Shown in pieces: positions 10,701-18,062 of a DNA stretch of 55,341 nt. The notes under the pieces were generated by a model, which was not told where the DNA came from, made no database searches, and saw nothing but the letters and a program-made list of their open reading frames with translations. Location: positions 1-55,341 of IMG/VR virus record IMGVR_UViG_3300033146_002149; one strand, given 5' to 3'. The DNA is from a virus. Lineage: Duplodnaviria; Caudoviricetes. Each line of letters starts with the position of its first letter. Within the stretch, counting starts at the first letter, position 1. Position numbers and translations under genes: made by a program.

Positions 10701-13700
10701 TTATCAAAAAAAGCTGTTTCTTGCTCAAAGTCGATAATTTTAGTTACTGGAATCTCCAGAGCTTTAATTATTCCTTTAGCTCCAGAATAACTTCTCGCTA
10801 TATTTTTATCTGAACTACCAAAAAGATTATAACCTTCTCTACTTAAGTGTCCAGGTCTATCTTTACCCATACCACGGTAAATTTTTACAGTATCCGTAAA
10901 AACCATATTTTGATAATAGATTTCTTTTAATTTTTTTTCTAATGCTCTCCCTTCTGGGGTTTCCATAACATCTATTTGATCAAAGATATCCATTGCATTA
11001 ATTTTATCATCTAAGGCTTTTTCTTTTGCTGTTAATTTTAAAGTAGTTTTCTGTTTTTTATTCGCAATTTCATGCGGGAGGCTTATTCCTTTTGAATGCG
11101 TTTGATCAGTTCGAATTTCAAAATAAGCTTTAACTGCGTCAGATGTACTATTCTTTTTATTTGGTTTTCCAAAGCGCTCAGTCTTATCTAACGCAGATTG
11201 ATACTTAGGTAATGTCATAGCATCAAACCAATCAGACATAGGTAATGATTTTAATTCATTAAGAAGAAAAAGATCCTCCGCAGTGAAAAAATCTTTTGCT
11301 TCTTTAGGCTTATTTCTTTCTGGTAATAAATTATCATCAAAAACAGCAATTTCATAAGCTCCTGAAGGTAACTTTTCTTTTGCTCCTTTAATCCCATGTT
11401 TAACCAATAGCTTTCTAGCTTTCTCAGCTCCTACAGTATGAACTAAAGCACCAATAACACCTCGACCATGTTTGAAATTTGATTTATGATTCTCAGCTTT
11501 AGTGATTTTTTCTTGTGTATCTAAACCACCTTCAGCAAGAGCTGCTTTAAGTTTTGGAGGTATAGGATCATTTAGGACATCATAAAAATCATCTGTTTCA
11601 ATAGATATTTTAGTCTCATCACCATATTTACTGTAAACATTTTTAGCTAAAGCTAAATCAGTAGAAAAGTATATTCCTGGCCCAAGAATACTACTTCCTT
11701 CACCAGAATGAAGCATGGCAGATAAAATATCGCCACCTCGATAAGAGCCATAATGAATAGCATCAGTTATTTGAAACTGCGGAGTAATTTTAAGCTTCTC
11801 ATTTTGCGCTGACAAATCCTGAGCTTCTTGCAGCAATGCTTTGCGTGTAGCCTTATCTTTTTCAACATCCAGCTCATTCATGATTTCGTCAATTCGAGAT
11901 TCATTCGAAGTTATTTGATCATCAATATTTGGCACAACTTCTTTTTTCATTGCATCTAATTGTTCTAATAAATCACTTTTTTGGCTAAGTAAATCATTTT
12001 CTTGTCCACGTAAAGTTGCTGATTTCTGTCTTAGGCGATCATAATCTTCTCGCTCAATATATTCATTTTCAAGTTCATTAATTGTTTTATTATATTCATT
12101 TTGAAGACTTCCTAATTGATCTTCATTTTCCTGATATTTAGATTTAAGATCAGTACGAATTTGATCTTCTTCCTGCTGTGTTTCAAGATCAAGGGCGGCT
12201 TGTTGATTTGCTTCTATGCCGACTTGTTGTTCATTTTTGAACACACTCGTTTCATCGGTTGGTAAGTTCTGTTTTGTTCTATCAATCAGGCCTGACTCAC
12301 CCATTCCTTGTGCTGAACCAAGTTTAACAGCACCTAATTGATGTTCTCCAGGAATTGTTCGAGCTCTATCTTGGCCAGTTGCCACCCTGTTGGGATCAGT
12401 AACATCCCCGAGGTCTTTCGCAATTTGTTGAAACCACCTTTGGCGTTTATACTGTTCAGCTAAAGGAACTGTACCTTTTAATTTTGTTGCCTCATAAGAT
12501 TCCTTAGCATCAAGATCTTCTTGTATCTTCTTTTCAATCTCTTTTGCATGACGGGCAAGAAATCTTTTCTTCATTGCAGCGCCTTGCTCTTTAAGCATTT
12601 TAATTTGCTGCTGTTTTTCTATTTCTGTTTTAACTTCTTGCCAATAATCATCTTCAATATTAGCACGAACTTCATTAGCTTTTTGTCGGGTAGATGCAAT
12701 AACTTGTTGACTTTTTGTCAAAGCATCTTTTTCTGCATTAATCTTATCAATAGCATTTACAATTGAATCTTGATAAGTAGTTATTTCCTTTAAAAGTTCT
12801 TTTTTCCTAATTTCAGCACGAACTTTTTCTACTTGATTTTTAGTAGTACTGATTACTTCTTCACTATGGGCTAAAGCCTCACGATCTTTTCTAAGTGCGT
12901 CAGTAGTATTAACTAAGTCATTTTGAAAAGCCTCTATTTGTTTAATGGCTTCTTTATTACTGATTTCTTGCCTGACTTGAGCTGCCTTAACTTTAGTAGA
13001 TGCAATAACTTCTTGGCTTCTAATAGAATCTTCTTGATCAGATATTTTATCTACCCGTGATAAAGCTAAATCAACTTGATAATCTTCAATACTTCTTTTA
13101 TTTTCTTGCTGGACATCTCTCTGTTTGATTTCTTGCTTAATCTCAGAGGCAAGTTTTCTTGTTTGCTGAATGTTTTGTTGTCCAGCAATAGTATTTCGTA
13201 TAGATGACTGATAATCACTAATAGAAGTTTGTCGATCTTCCTCTAGAATAGTTGGTTTATTCGCCGTAAGTATATCAGCAGATTCTTCTGCTCCTTTATT
13301 CACAGATAGTCCAATAGATTGCTCAAGGCCAGCTTCACGATTTTGCCGGAGTTCTTCTTCACGTAAGGATTTACCAGGCGGAACAACATTATCTTGGCTT
13401 TGTAACGGAATTGCCTTAGTAATCTGATTAGCAAGATTAACCATATCTATGCGGACTGCTTTCTTAGTATCAGCTAAACTTAAGTTACGTTTAACAGATT
13501 CTTCTTGCAACAGTTCCGGAGTAGATAAAAGCAACTGGAAGTTTCTTACTTGATTTTGCAAGCCTTCAGGAGTTTTATTAAATGCTTCTTGCTGGATGTT
13601 ATCACGCTTTGCTTGAAGCTCATAAAGTCGTGACGTAACCCCAGCTGGAGGATTCTCAACTGCCTCCAAGTTCCCAATTTGTTTATTTATCTCAGTAATA

Positions 13701-15019
13701 TCATCAGGCAGGGCAAAGGCATCTTTATTTATGCGATCGTCAACTGGGGTAGCTCCAGCAATAGGTACTTCTTCTCCAGTTAGTTTCGATACAATCTGGG
13801 AATTAACATCTGTTTCGGCAGTCAATTGAGCTGTAAAATCATCAATAGACATACCTTCAGCCTGGGCAGCTCTTTGCACTCTCAAGGGATTATTCAATAT
13901 CTTTGTATTAGCTGCATTTTGTTCCGTCAAAGATACTACTGCTTGCTGAATATTTGCTTCTCCAGCAGACTTAATATTATCCACACGTTCGTTAATACGT
14001 GCTTCTTGATCTGGTGCTTCCGAAGTTTTGCCCATCATAGTATTAGCTGCACCACCAAAGCCTCCGCCTACAACACCAGCAGCAGCACTTTCCAAGATTT
14101 CCCACTTATTATCATTTGTGAAAAACTTCTCATCAGTATTCAAAACTGTATTGAGTATACCAATCGCGGATTGTCCCGCTTCTTGTAAGCCTTCTTCGCC
14201 CATATTATGAACAATCTCAAGTGCTCCACGTTTAGCTGTTTTTGCACTCCCAGATGCGATACCATTAATCAGAGTTCCGATTAACTTACTATTCCCGCCC
14301 AGCAGTTCAAGTGCTCCAGACAAAGTACCTAAAGCAGCAGACATTGCTGGAGCTTTAACACCATGAGTTTCCAACAGATCTGCATACATTCCACCAGCTT
14401 CTTGTGTTGCTACCGTGGATACCATGCCAGCTTGGGCAGCTCTTGTCAATCCTTTCTTTGTTAAGCCTGTAATAAGTTTTTTAGCTGCAAATCCACCAGC
14501 ACCACCACCAAGTGCGGCAGTAGCCATACTTGGAAGTAACGAACCGATTGTGCCCTGAACAAAGTCTGCTGTTCCACCAAGTCCGGCCTTACCATCCCAT
14601 ACGTCTTTAAAACTATAGCGGGCAGGATTCTCAGCAGCTTCAGCCAAATTTCGGCGATAACCTTCCATACCAAAATCTTGCATCCTTTGACCAACATTAT
14701 CTGCACCCATATTCTCCAAAGCACGACCGGTCAATGCGACTGCTCCGTAACCAGCTCCTTGAGTCTGATCGATATTGCGTTTTATGCCTGTTATAAAATC
14801 ACCTTGAGCTTCAAGGTTCGCCAAGCCTCGTTCTTTACTAGCTTGCTGTTGCTTCACTGCATTTAATGTTTTGGGTGAATATACTTCTTGCTGATCTCCA
14901 AACAACACCTTATATCTTGGCTCATTTTCCCAAAGGTTATTATGCTGTTCTTCACCTATATCATCAATGAATTTATCATATCCATATTCTTTAATTGCTT
15001 CTGGTGTTGCTTTTGCCAT
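4751..15019 (-). CDS. Giant polyvalent internal virion (ejection) protein with ADP-ribosyltransferase-like modules and an HExxH peptidase motif
   Basis: 3422 aa. N-terminal Gly/Ala-rich helical region, coiled-coil repeats, four YHG/YRG...GxY(F/S) ART-like motifs, WHENKH at 8912-8926, and a HAEEVQSDW domain typical of phage polyvalent proteins. Located after the tail genes. Confidence 0.8.
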   Translation of the reverse strand: MAKATPEAIKEYGYDKFIDDIGEEQHNNLWENEPRYKVLFGDQQEVYSPKTLNAVKQQQASKERGLANLEAQGDFITGIKRNIDQTQGAGYGAVALTGRALENMGADNVGQRMQDFGMEGYRRNLAEAAENPARYSFKDVWDGKAGLGGTADFVQGTIGSLLPSMATAALGGGAGGFAAKKLITGLTKKGLTRAAQAGMVSTVATQEAGGMYADLLETHGVKAPAMSAALGTLSGALELLGGNSKLIGTLINGIASGSAKTAKRGALEIVHNMGEEGLQEAGQSAIGILNTVLNTDEKFFTNDNKWEILESAAAGVVGGGFGGAANTMMGKTSEAPDQEARINERVDNIKSAGEANIQQAVVSLTEQNAANTKILNNPLRVQRAAQAEGMSIDDFTAQLTAETDVNSQIVSKLTGEEVPIAGATPVDDRINKDAFALPDDITEINKQIGNLEAVENPPAGVTSRLYELQAKRDNIQQEAFNKTPEGLQNQVRNFQLLLSTPELLQEESVKRNLSLADTKKAVRIDMVNLANQITKAIPLQSQDNVVPPGKSLREEELRQNREAGLEQSIGLSVNKGAEESADILTANKPTILEEDRQTSISDYQSSIRNTIAGQQNIQQTRKLASEIKQEIKQRDVQQENKRSIEDYQVDLALSRVDKISDQEDSIRSQEVIASTKVKAAQVRQEISNKEAIKQIEAFQNDLVNTTDALRKDREALAHSEEVISTTKNQVEKVRAEIRKKELLKEITTYQDSIVNAIDKINAEKDALTKSQQVIASTRQKANEVRANIEDDYWQEVKTEIEKQQQIKMLKEQGAAMKKRFLARHAKEIEKKIQEDLDAKESYEATKLKGTVPLAEQYKRQRWFQQIAKDLGDVTDPNRVATGQDRARTIPGEHQLGAVKLGSAQGMGESGLIDRTKQNLPTDETSVFKNEQQVGIEANQQAALDLETQQEEDQIRTDLKSKYQENEDQLGSLQNEYNKTINELENEYIEREDYDRLRQKSATLRGQENDLLSQKSDLLEQLDAMKKEVVPNIDDQITSNESRIDEIMNELDVEKDKATRKALLQEAQDLSAQNEKLKITPQFQITDAIHYGSYRGGDILSAMLHSGEGSSILGPGIYFSTDLALAKNVYSKYGDETKISIETDDFYDVLNDPIPPKLKAALAEGGLDTQEKITKAENHKSNFKHGRGVIGALVHTVGAEKARKLLVKHGIKGAKEKLPSGAYEIAVFDDNLLPERNKPKEAKDFFTAEDLFLLNELKSLPMSDWFDAMTLPKYQSALDKTERFGKPNKKNSTSDAVKAYFEIRTDQTHSKGISLPHEIANKKQKTTLKLTAKEKALDDKINAMDIFDQIDVMETPEGRALEKKLKEIYYQNMVFTDTVKIYRGMGKDRPGHLSREGYNLFGSSDKNIARSYSGAKGIIKALEIPVTKIIDFEQETAFFDKVKFDKQAKLLAPGSVLLARNVHDVGPEASKKIDPEMRYSYPSDIYAFGQITDRQQQAIKELPNIDPVSFQITEELTSAQKKLQWEIESLEAKEKLPAPQKRLLARLKKQLIDSMQASNLAPTKAIGKLYHGSSREGLTSGKDLPDGHRGYFLTEDPTVASKFGTVHEATLSIPPEKIFDARKPEHAEALDKIAEKTAHINKLNGKDGQVSNAQEGSFNFYEDPQVFWALKDLGFEANWQVEDGANVIRVFNKNAIESFTPQFQIVYHGTPHQWQPEPGFPNGRPRLDMIMNKEVVGEGAWAYGAGWYSADSKEVGASYLDSSFDYLVNQLADISDISGNSLKGKESLHKQLTDKLNKYPSQSGSLYKLDIPDSVIPKLLDWDKSLKQQNSNVKNILKQVTDFLLLHKDKVAPIELKHIKEESITGRALYKELRYVLGSKQAASEYLASLGIPGNKYLDGMSRSEGKGNLNYVLWDQKVLDQVALLERNQEKLHIMQAEIRNDKTPSKGISLLDIKNMYKDQEVFQNEDGLISVKLKNGKGITFQSIQDAGEGFIQYAISTGQMSKNGKILGVTLGSDILLDENFADNRTLWHENKHVLDNLGMITKADNAALNKEFNKLNKAGQLDFALSTHTDPIKAMEENRANMFAQIMVNKDAYAGTTFEKIIQKIMEFFNKMLGLGRQSISGLISEVESGKIYERQVNGKSVQTIKPQTEVTAEKWYSTIAKTIDASNMKSAKAGAWLNNIKKAPGIKKDELDWTGLSAMLLENPQKKLTKDEITTWFNEHQVKLEEVVLDDFSYIEQELEALYSEQAYLDQEENLSPLMQQRQLEVEDEIDALTIRSDFFSEETGTKFYAYKEAGGQDYKELIITLPGKTKYTSNAHWGDTSNPVVHFRILTRFAENGSKILHAEEVQSDWDQELRKKGESKDLYSFYNIPVKRNPNGMPTVRSDMMLKNKINQLLTLGEITQEQARNDLSLISDGDQGIERNPFSENAVMLGMKRMVRYAAENGFNKIAWSGADIQVKRWGSEAFNWKTNLDGDLELSGFAQVAGDAFMGMAAQLEGKTFDLVDFISSRDDVYDHIKDVLKHKEGEYSKKTWEEYLDKTADKLWQRMQENPTGEYLPRKEGMVEFYNKMLPRMLQKEFGKGQWGSAKLDFIQVDGMKLPSMEITDRMRSKAMREGMPMFETREQIVPQETYDKVFTQKNNLLKDIQQIFRMKATDIKLLGDKLLGSTHTRLQNISPKLAAEYRNLDFRTGQSVASVLEAAHPLMLKAKKQMSAKDKVEWDWARKQSDPGKIDQLTQKYGLTEDYNNVRTQLNKLRQDAEDVGYNVGYIDEYWPRVIKDMEGFLQETQEISQQPIYSNAIKAEAAKLDISVQEFNRTYPEVRADIISNIILGHPTGISGPGNIQGRVFKEIESKYAKFYEDSDAALMTYIYSMTKKIEARRFFGKVPAAISKAKSAVKRDQTNLIKYEQLKALDTAEADTTNKDAYSKKIKSLQDNIKLNSVKIEEYKNKRDYTDNIGTYISDLMISGELGKKDEKLVNDILDARFHEHGTTGITNTIKNASYIDTMGSFTSAATQIGDLAWAMYVGKVWTPRGFSNTLKNFNAAVLKRSNITKENLGLDRIAQEFAGNDSLSKAVSKVFWAVGLEKMDSIGKEVLINNSLDNYKNRASTEAGRQQLLKDIRPIFGKESNQVIQDLLGNPITDNVKLLVYHRLLDFQPVALSEMPEKYLNAGNGRIFYMLKTYTIKQLDVFRREVFNNIKSGEQDKIITGISNMVAITTLLTLANAGADEIKDLMLGKEMRFEDHVIENLLTLGGASRYMKAEINQEGLGSAIIGQILPPTKFVDALSKDVTGDVSKGIRSVDSIPGIGKLYYWHMGKGVEFKKSIPEQDFNKAGKEVKKFKKSFEEATNKRLFLNMNKEAFKGMKTYEAYQSALRKNKSKENKLKELPQQSTAVLTELGKLNAQREDLYKQFNVIK

Positions 15020-15033
15020 TAGTTACATCCTTA

Positions 15034-16095
15034 TTAATTATCCTGGAAAAGATATAAAAGTTCTTGTGCTGTTTTATTTGGGTACTTTTTCCGTAAGTCA
15101 GGATAAGCTGCCCTAAAACCTTTTTTATCGTATCTTTCTGTGGATGGCATTAAATCAACATTCATATTTCTTTGTATCGGAGTTGGGGTAGAATCATATT
15201 GAGCAAGATTCTTTCGTAATGCTTGAAAATTATTCGAAATAGTTGGGGCACTATTCCTTTGTACATCAAGAGCAGATTGTTTTTGTAAAGATTGTAATTG
15301 TCCTGTACTTGGGGAAGGACGTAATCTTCTGGCAGCAGGCAATGTTTGGGGTCTTTCAACTATTGGAGCTACATCAGGCTGCAATGATTCATTTCTAGTT
15401 GTATTGCTTGGGTTTATTTGTGCTGGTAAACCTTGATTAAGAAGATTAACAACATTCATATTTTCGCCACGACCACCAGAATTATCAGCTGGACTATTTT
15501 TAACTGCATTCATAAATTCTGTTATTGGAATACCATTTACAGTGCCACCAGAATTTATCTTAGATTCCTTCTGAGTAGTTAAAGGTTCAACCGGATCAGC
15601 AAAACTAAACGGAGATCCAGAAGCAGTTAAAGGATCTTGATTGCCAAACAATCCGCTTTGATTTTTTAGTGAATTAAAAACTCCAGAATTAAGTGATTTC
15701 TCTCCAGTAACACCAGTTGATGTTTTTCCAATATCAGCTAAGAAATTTAATTTATTTTTATTTCTTTGCTCGCCAAGATCTAAAGCTTTACGACTATTCA
15801 AACCAGATTCAGTCATCCCAATTTCTGATAACTTCCCAGCATTTTGTAACCCAGTATTTGCAAGCTGGCCTTTATTTTTTAAAGACTGTATATTGGCTAA
15901 ACCACGATCTTTTTGTTTCTGCTGATTTAAGGTAAATTCCCTTGCTGTCTTGGCATCTGCAAGTTGTTGTTGCCTGGCTTTCCAAGCATCAGAGTCTTGA
16001 CGAATCATAGCAACTCTTTCAGCTTCTTTTGCAGCATTTCGTTCAAGTACACCTGGCCTTTTATTTGAATCTCGATATTTATAAGCTAAGTCCAT
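15034..16095 (-). CDS. Putative internal virion protein
   Basis: 353 aa, Q/N/S-rich and low complexity, immediately upstream of the giant ejection protein. Confidence 0.5.
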   Translation of the reverse strand: MDLAYKYRDSNKRPGVLERNAAKEAERVAMIRQDSDAWKARQQQLADAKTAREFTLNQQKQKDRGLANIQSLKNKGQLANTGLQNAGKLSEIGMTESGLNSRKALDLGEQRNKNKLNFLADIGKTSTGVTGEKSLNSGVFNSLKNQSGLFGNQDPLTASGSPFSFADPVEPLTTQKESKINSGGTVNGIPITEFMNAVKNSPADNSGGRGENMNVVNLLNQGLPAQINPSNTTRNESLQPDVAPIVERPQTLPAARRLRPSPSTGQLQSLQKQSALDVQRNSAPTISNNFQALRKNLAQYDSTPTPIQRNMNVDLMPSTERYDKKGFRAAYPDLRKKYPNKTAQELLYLFQDN

Positions 16096-16112
16096 ATATT
16101 ACCTCATATAAA

Positions 16113-18062
16113 TTATGTTACTGGATGGTTATAAGTGTGGGTCTCAGTAATGCTTTCTGATTTAAAAACATCTGGACGATAAGCATAAGTACCAGAGCGA
16201 CTTGATCCGAATCCATAACTTGCAGAAGCATTAACAGAGTTCATGGCAGATGCAGCTAATTGAGAACCGACATTCATTATACCTTCTGTACCTTTGACTT
16301 GAAGTTCTTTTAACGCCACATAGGACTGGACGGTAAGCTGTAATTCTTGGACTATCTTCTGAACTTCTAACTGAGCCTTAGATATTAAAGTTTTCATCTC
16401 TTCGATTTTTGTCAAATTAACAGCTTTATCCGCTTCTGTTTCAACTGAATAAGCTGTGGACATAGCCTGAAATGCTTTCAATTCCCTATCGTTTGTGTTG
16501 GAATCAGCTTGAAGTTCAGCCTGATATTTGGAAATATTCGCCCTGTATTTTTCAATCAAATATTGATTCTCTTTCAATTGAAGTTCTTTAACAGTTACTT
16601 CAGTGCCAATCTTTAAACGTTCAGCCTCAACCTTTGTTTTAAAAGCTTCGATAGAAGCAACATAGGTTTCTGCTTTAACCTTCTCAGCCCCTACTTTAGA
16701 AGTATAAATATCAATTTTCATTTTTTCAGCTTCTATTCCTGCTACATAAGCCTGAACAGATTTACTAAAAGTCTCGATTTTTAATTGCTCAATTTCTGTC
16801 TCAACTTTAGCACCATCCATACGAGTTTTATAAACATCATATTGAGCTTGTATTCCAGCAAGTTGCCCTAAATAAATGTCAACTTCAGATTTATTGATAT
16901 CTACTTTCATCCCGATTGCTTGAATTTGACTTTTATAAAGCTCTACAGATGCGAGCTTTGCCCTTATTTTAGTTTCATAAACAGCAGCTTCAGTCTTATA
17001 AATTTCAAGTTTTAAATTATGTTTTTCAATAGCTGCTTTATAAATCTCCATAGAATAGGCAGCGATTATTTTTTGTTGCTCAAATGTTCGTGTAGCAGTC
17101 TGATTAAAAAATTCTTTCATCATCCCTTCATACTGAATAGCTTTATCCACCATGAATTGTTTGTATTCTCTGGCAAGGTTTGACTGCCCTAATAGGATCT
17201 CATAATTAATTTCGTCAAGCTTTCGAGTGATTTCCATCTGAACTTCTGAAAGCTTTGCCAGCATGATACCGGTTGGAAGGTTAAAGCCTGATGCCCCGTA
17301 CTCTAACGAAACTGCTTGATACATGGCATCGTTTTCTCTCTGTTGTCGATTCTTTGCCCGATCATAAATAACCTGCTCGACAGCTTCATTTATACCGGTA
17401 GTACCCATTCCTACTTGACCATTATAAGCATGTCCCGTATTCAAACCGTCAGAAATTATCTTGAAAAGAGTTGTCTCTATTACAGATGAATAGGTATCTT
17501 CTGTATAAGAAAATTCTGTTGGAAGCTTATCTATAAAAGCACCAACTTCTGTAGCAGAAAAAGCCCCAGGATCATAAATTATTGCTGCAGGGAATTTAAT
17601 CGAGGTAAAGGTAGGAATCTTAGGAATAGAACCTGTTAAGGTTAATTTCTCTGGAATCGTTACAGAACCTGCTGTTACTGGTGATGGTTTTTTAGGTAGA
17701 GTTATGGTGTCAAGGTTATGAGGTACTGATGTAAAGGCAGGTACAGGTGTTATTTTAGATAAGTTTTTTGTTGATACGTCAGCAATATCATTATATTTTC
17801 CACCAGGGTTTATAAATTTTGCATCCCCACCAGAGAAAAGAGTTGTTCCCATTGTTGGTCTTGCTGCATAATTAATCGGTGTTATGTCAGGGACATCTAT
17901 ATCGCTTATATCACTTACATCCGGAGATTTTAATTCACCCAATAAGACCTGCAAAGCATCAACATAATCACTTGTATTAGCAAAACTTTCTGAAGCATAA
18001 GTTTCAGCAGAGGCAAATTTATTTTCTACTAAATCTTGTGCGGTATCTTCATAGCCAGACAT
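16113..18062 (-). CDS. Virion structural / internal coiled-coil protein
   Basis: 649 aa. Pro-rich N-terminal half, then a long heptad region with repeated Y/F-K-x-x-I/V-E-A units. Confidence 0.6.
   Translation of the reverse strand: MSGYEDTAQDLVENKFASAETYASESFANTSDYVDALQVLLGELKSPDVSDISDIDVPDITPINYAARPTMGTTLFSGGDAKFINPGGKYNDIADVSTKNLSKITPVPAFTSVPHNLDTITLPKKPSPVTAGSVTIPEKLTLTGSIPKIPTFTSIKFPAAIIYDPGAFSATEVGAFIDKLPTEFSYTEDTYSSVIETTLFKIISDGLNTGHAYNGQVGMGTTGINEAVEQVIYDRAKNRQQRENDAMYQAVSLEYGASGFNLPTGIMLAKLSEVQMEITRKLDEINYEILLGQSNLAREYKQFMVDKAIQYEGMMKEFFNQTATRTFEQQKIIAAYSMEIYKAAIEKHNLKLEIYKTEAAVYETKIRAKLASVELYKSQIQAIGMKVDINKSEVDIYLGQLAGIQAQYDVYKTRMDGAKVETEIEQLKIETFSKSVQAYVAGIEAEKMKIDIYTSKVGAEKVKAETYVASIEAFKTKVEAERLKIGTEVTVKELQLKENQYLIEKYRANISKYQAELQADSNTNDRELKAFQAMSTAYSVETEADKAVNLTKIEEMKTLISKAQLEVQKIVQELQLTVQSYVALKELQVKGTEGIMNVGSQLAASAMNSVNASASYGFGSSRSGTYAYRPDVFKSESITETHTYNHPVT

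Noticed and set aside
4751-15019. N4-like or crAss-like virion RNA polymerase, suggested by the ~3400 aa size
   Set aside because: I could not find T7-type polymerase motifs or a DxDxD double-psi-barrel motif; the motifs present are ART-like and peptidase-like.
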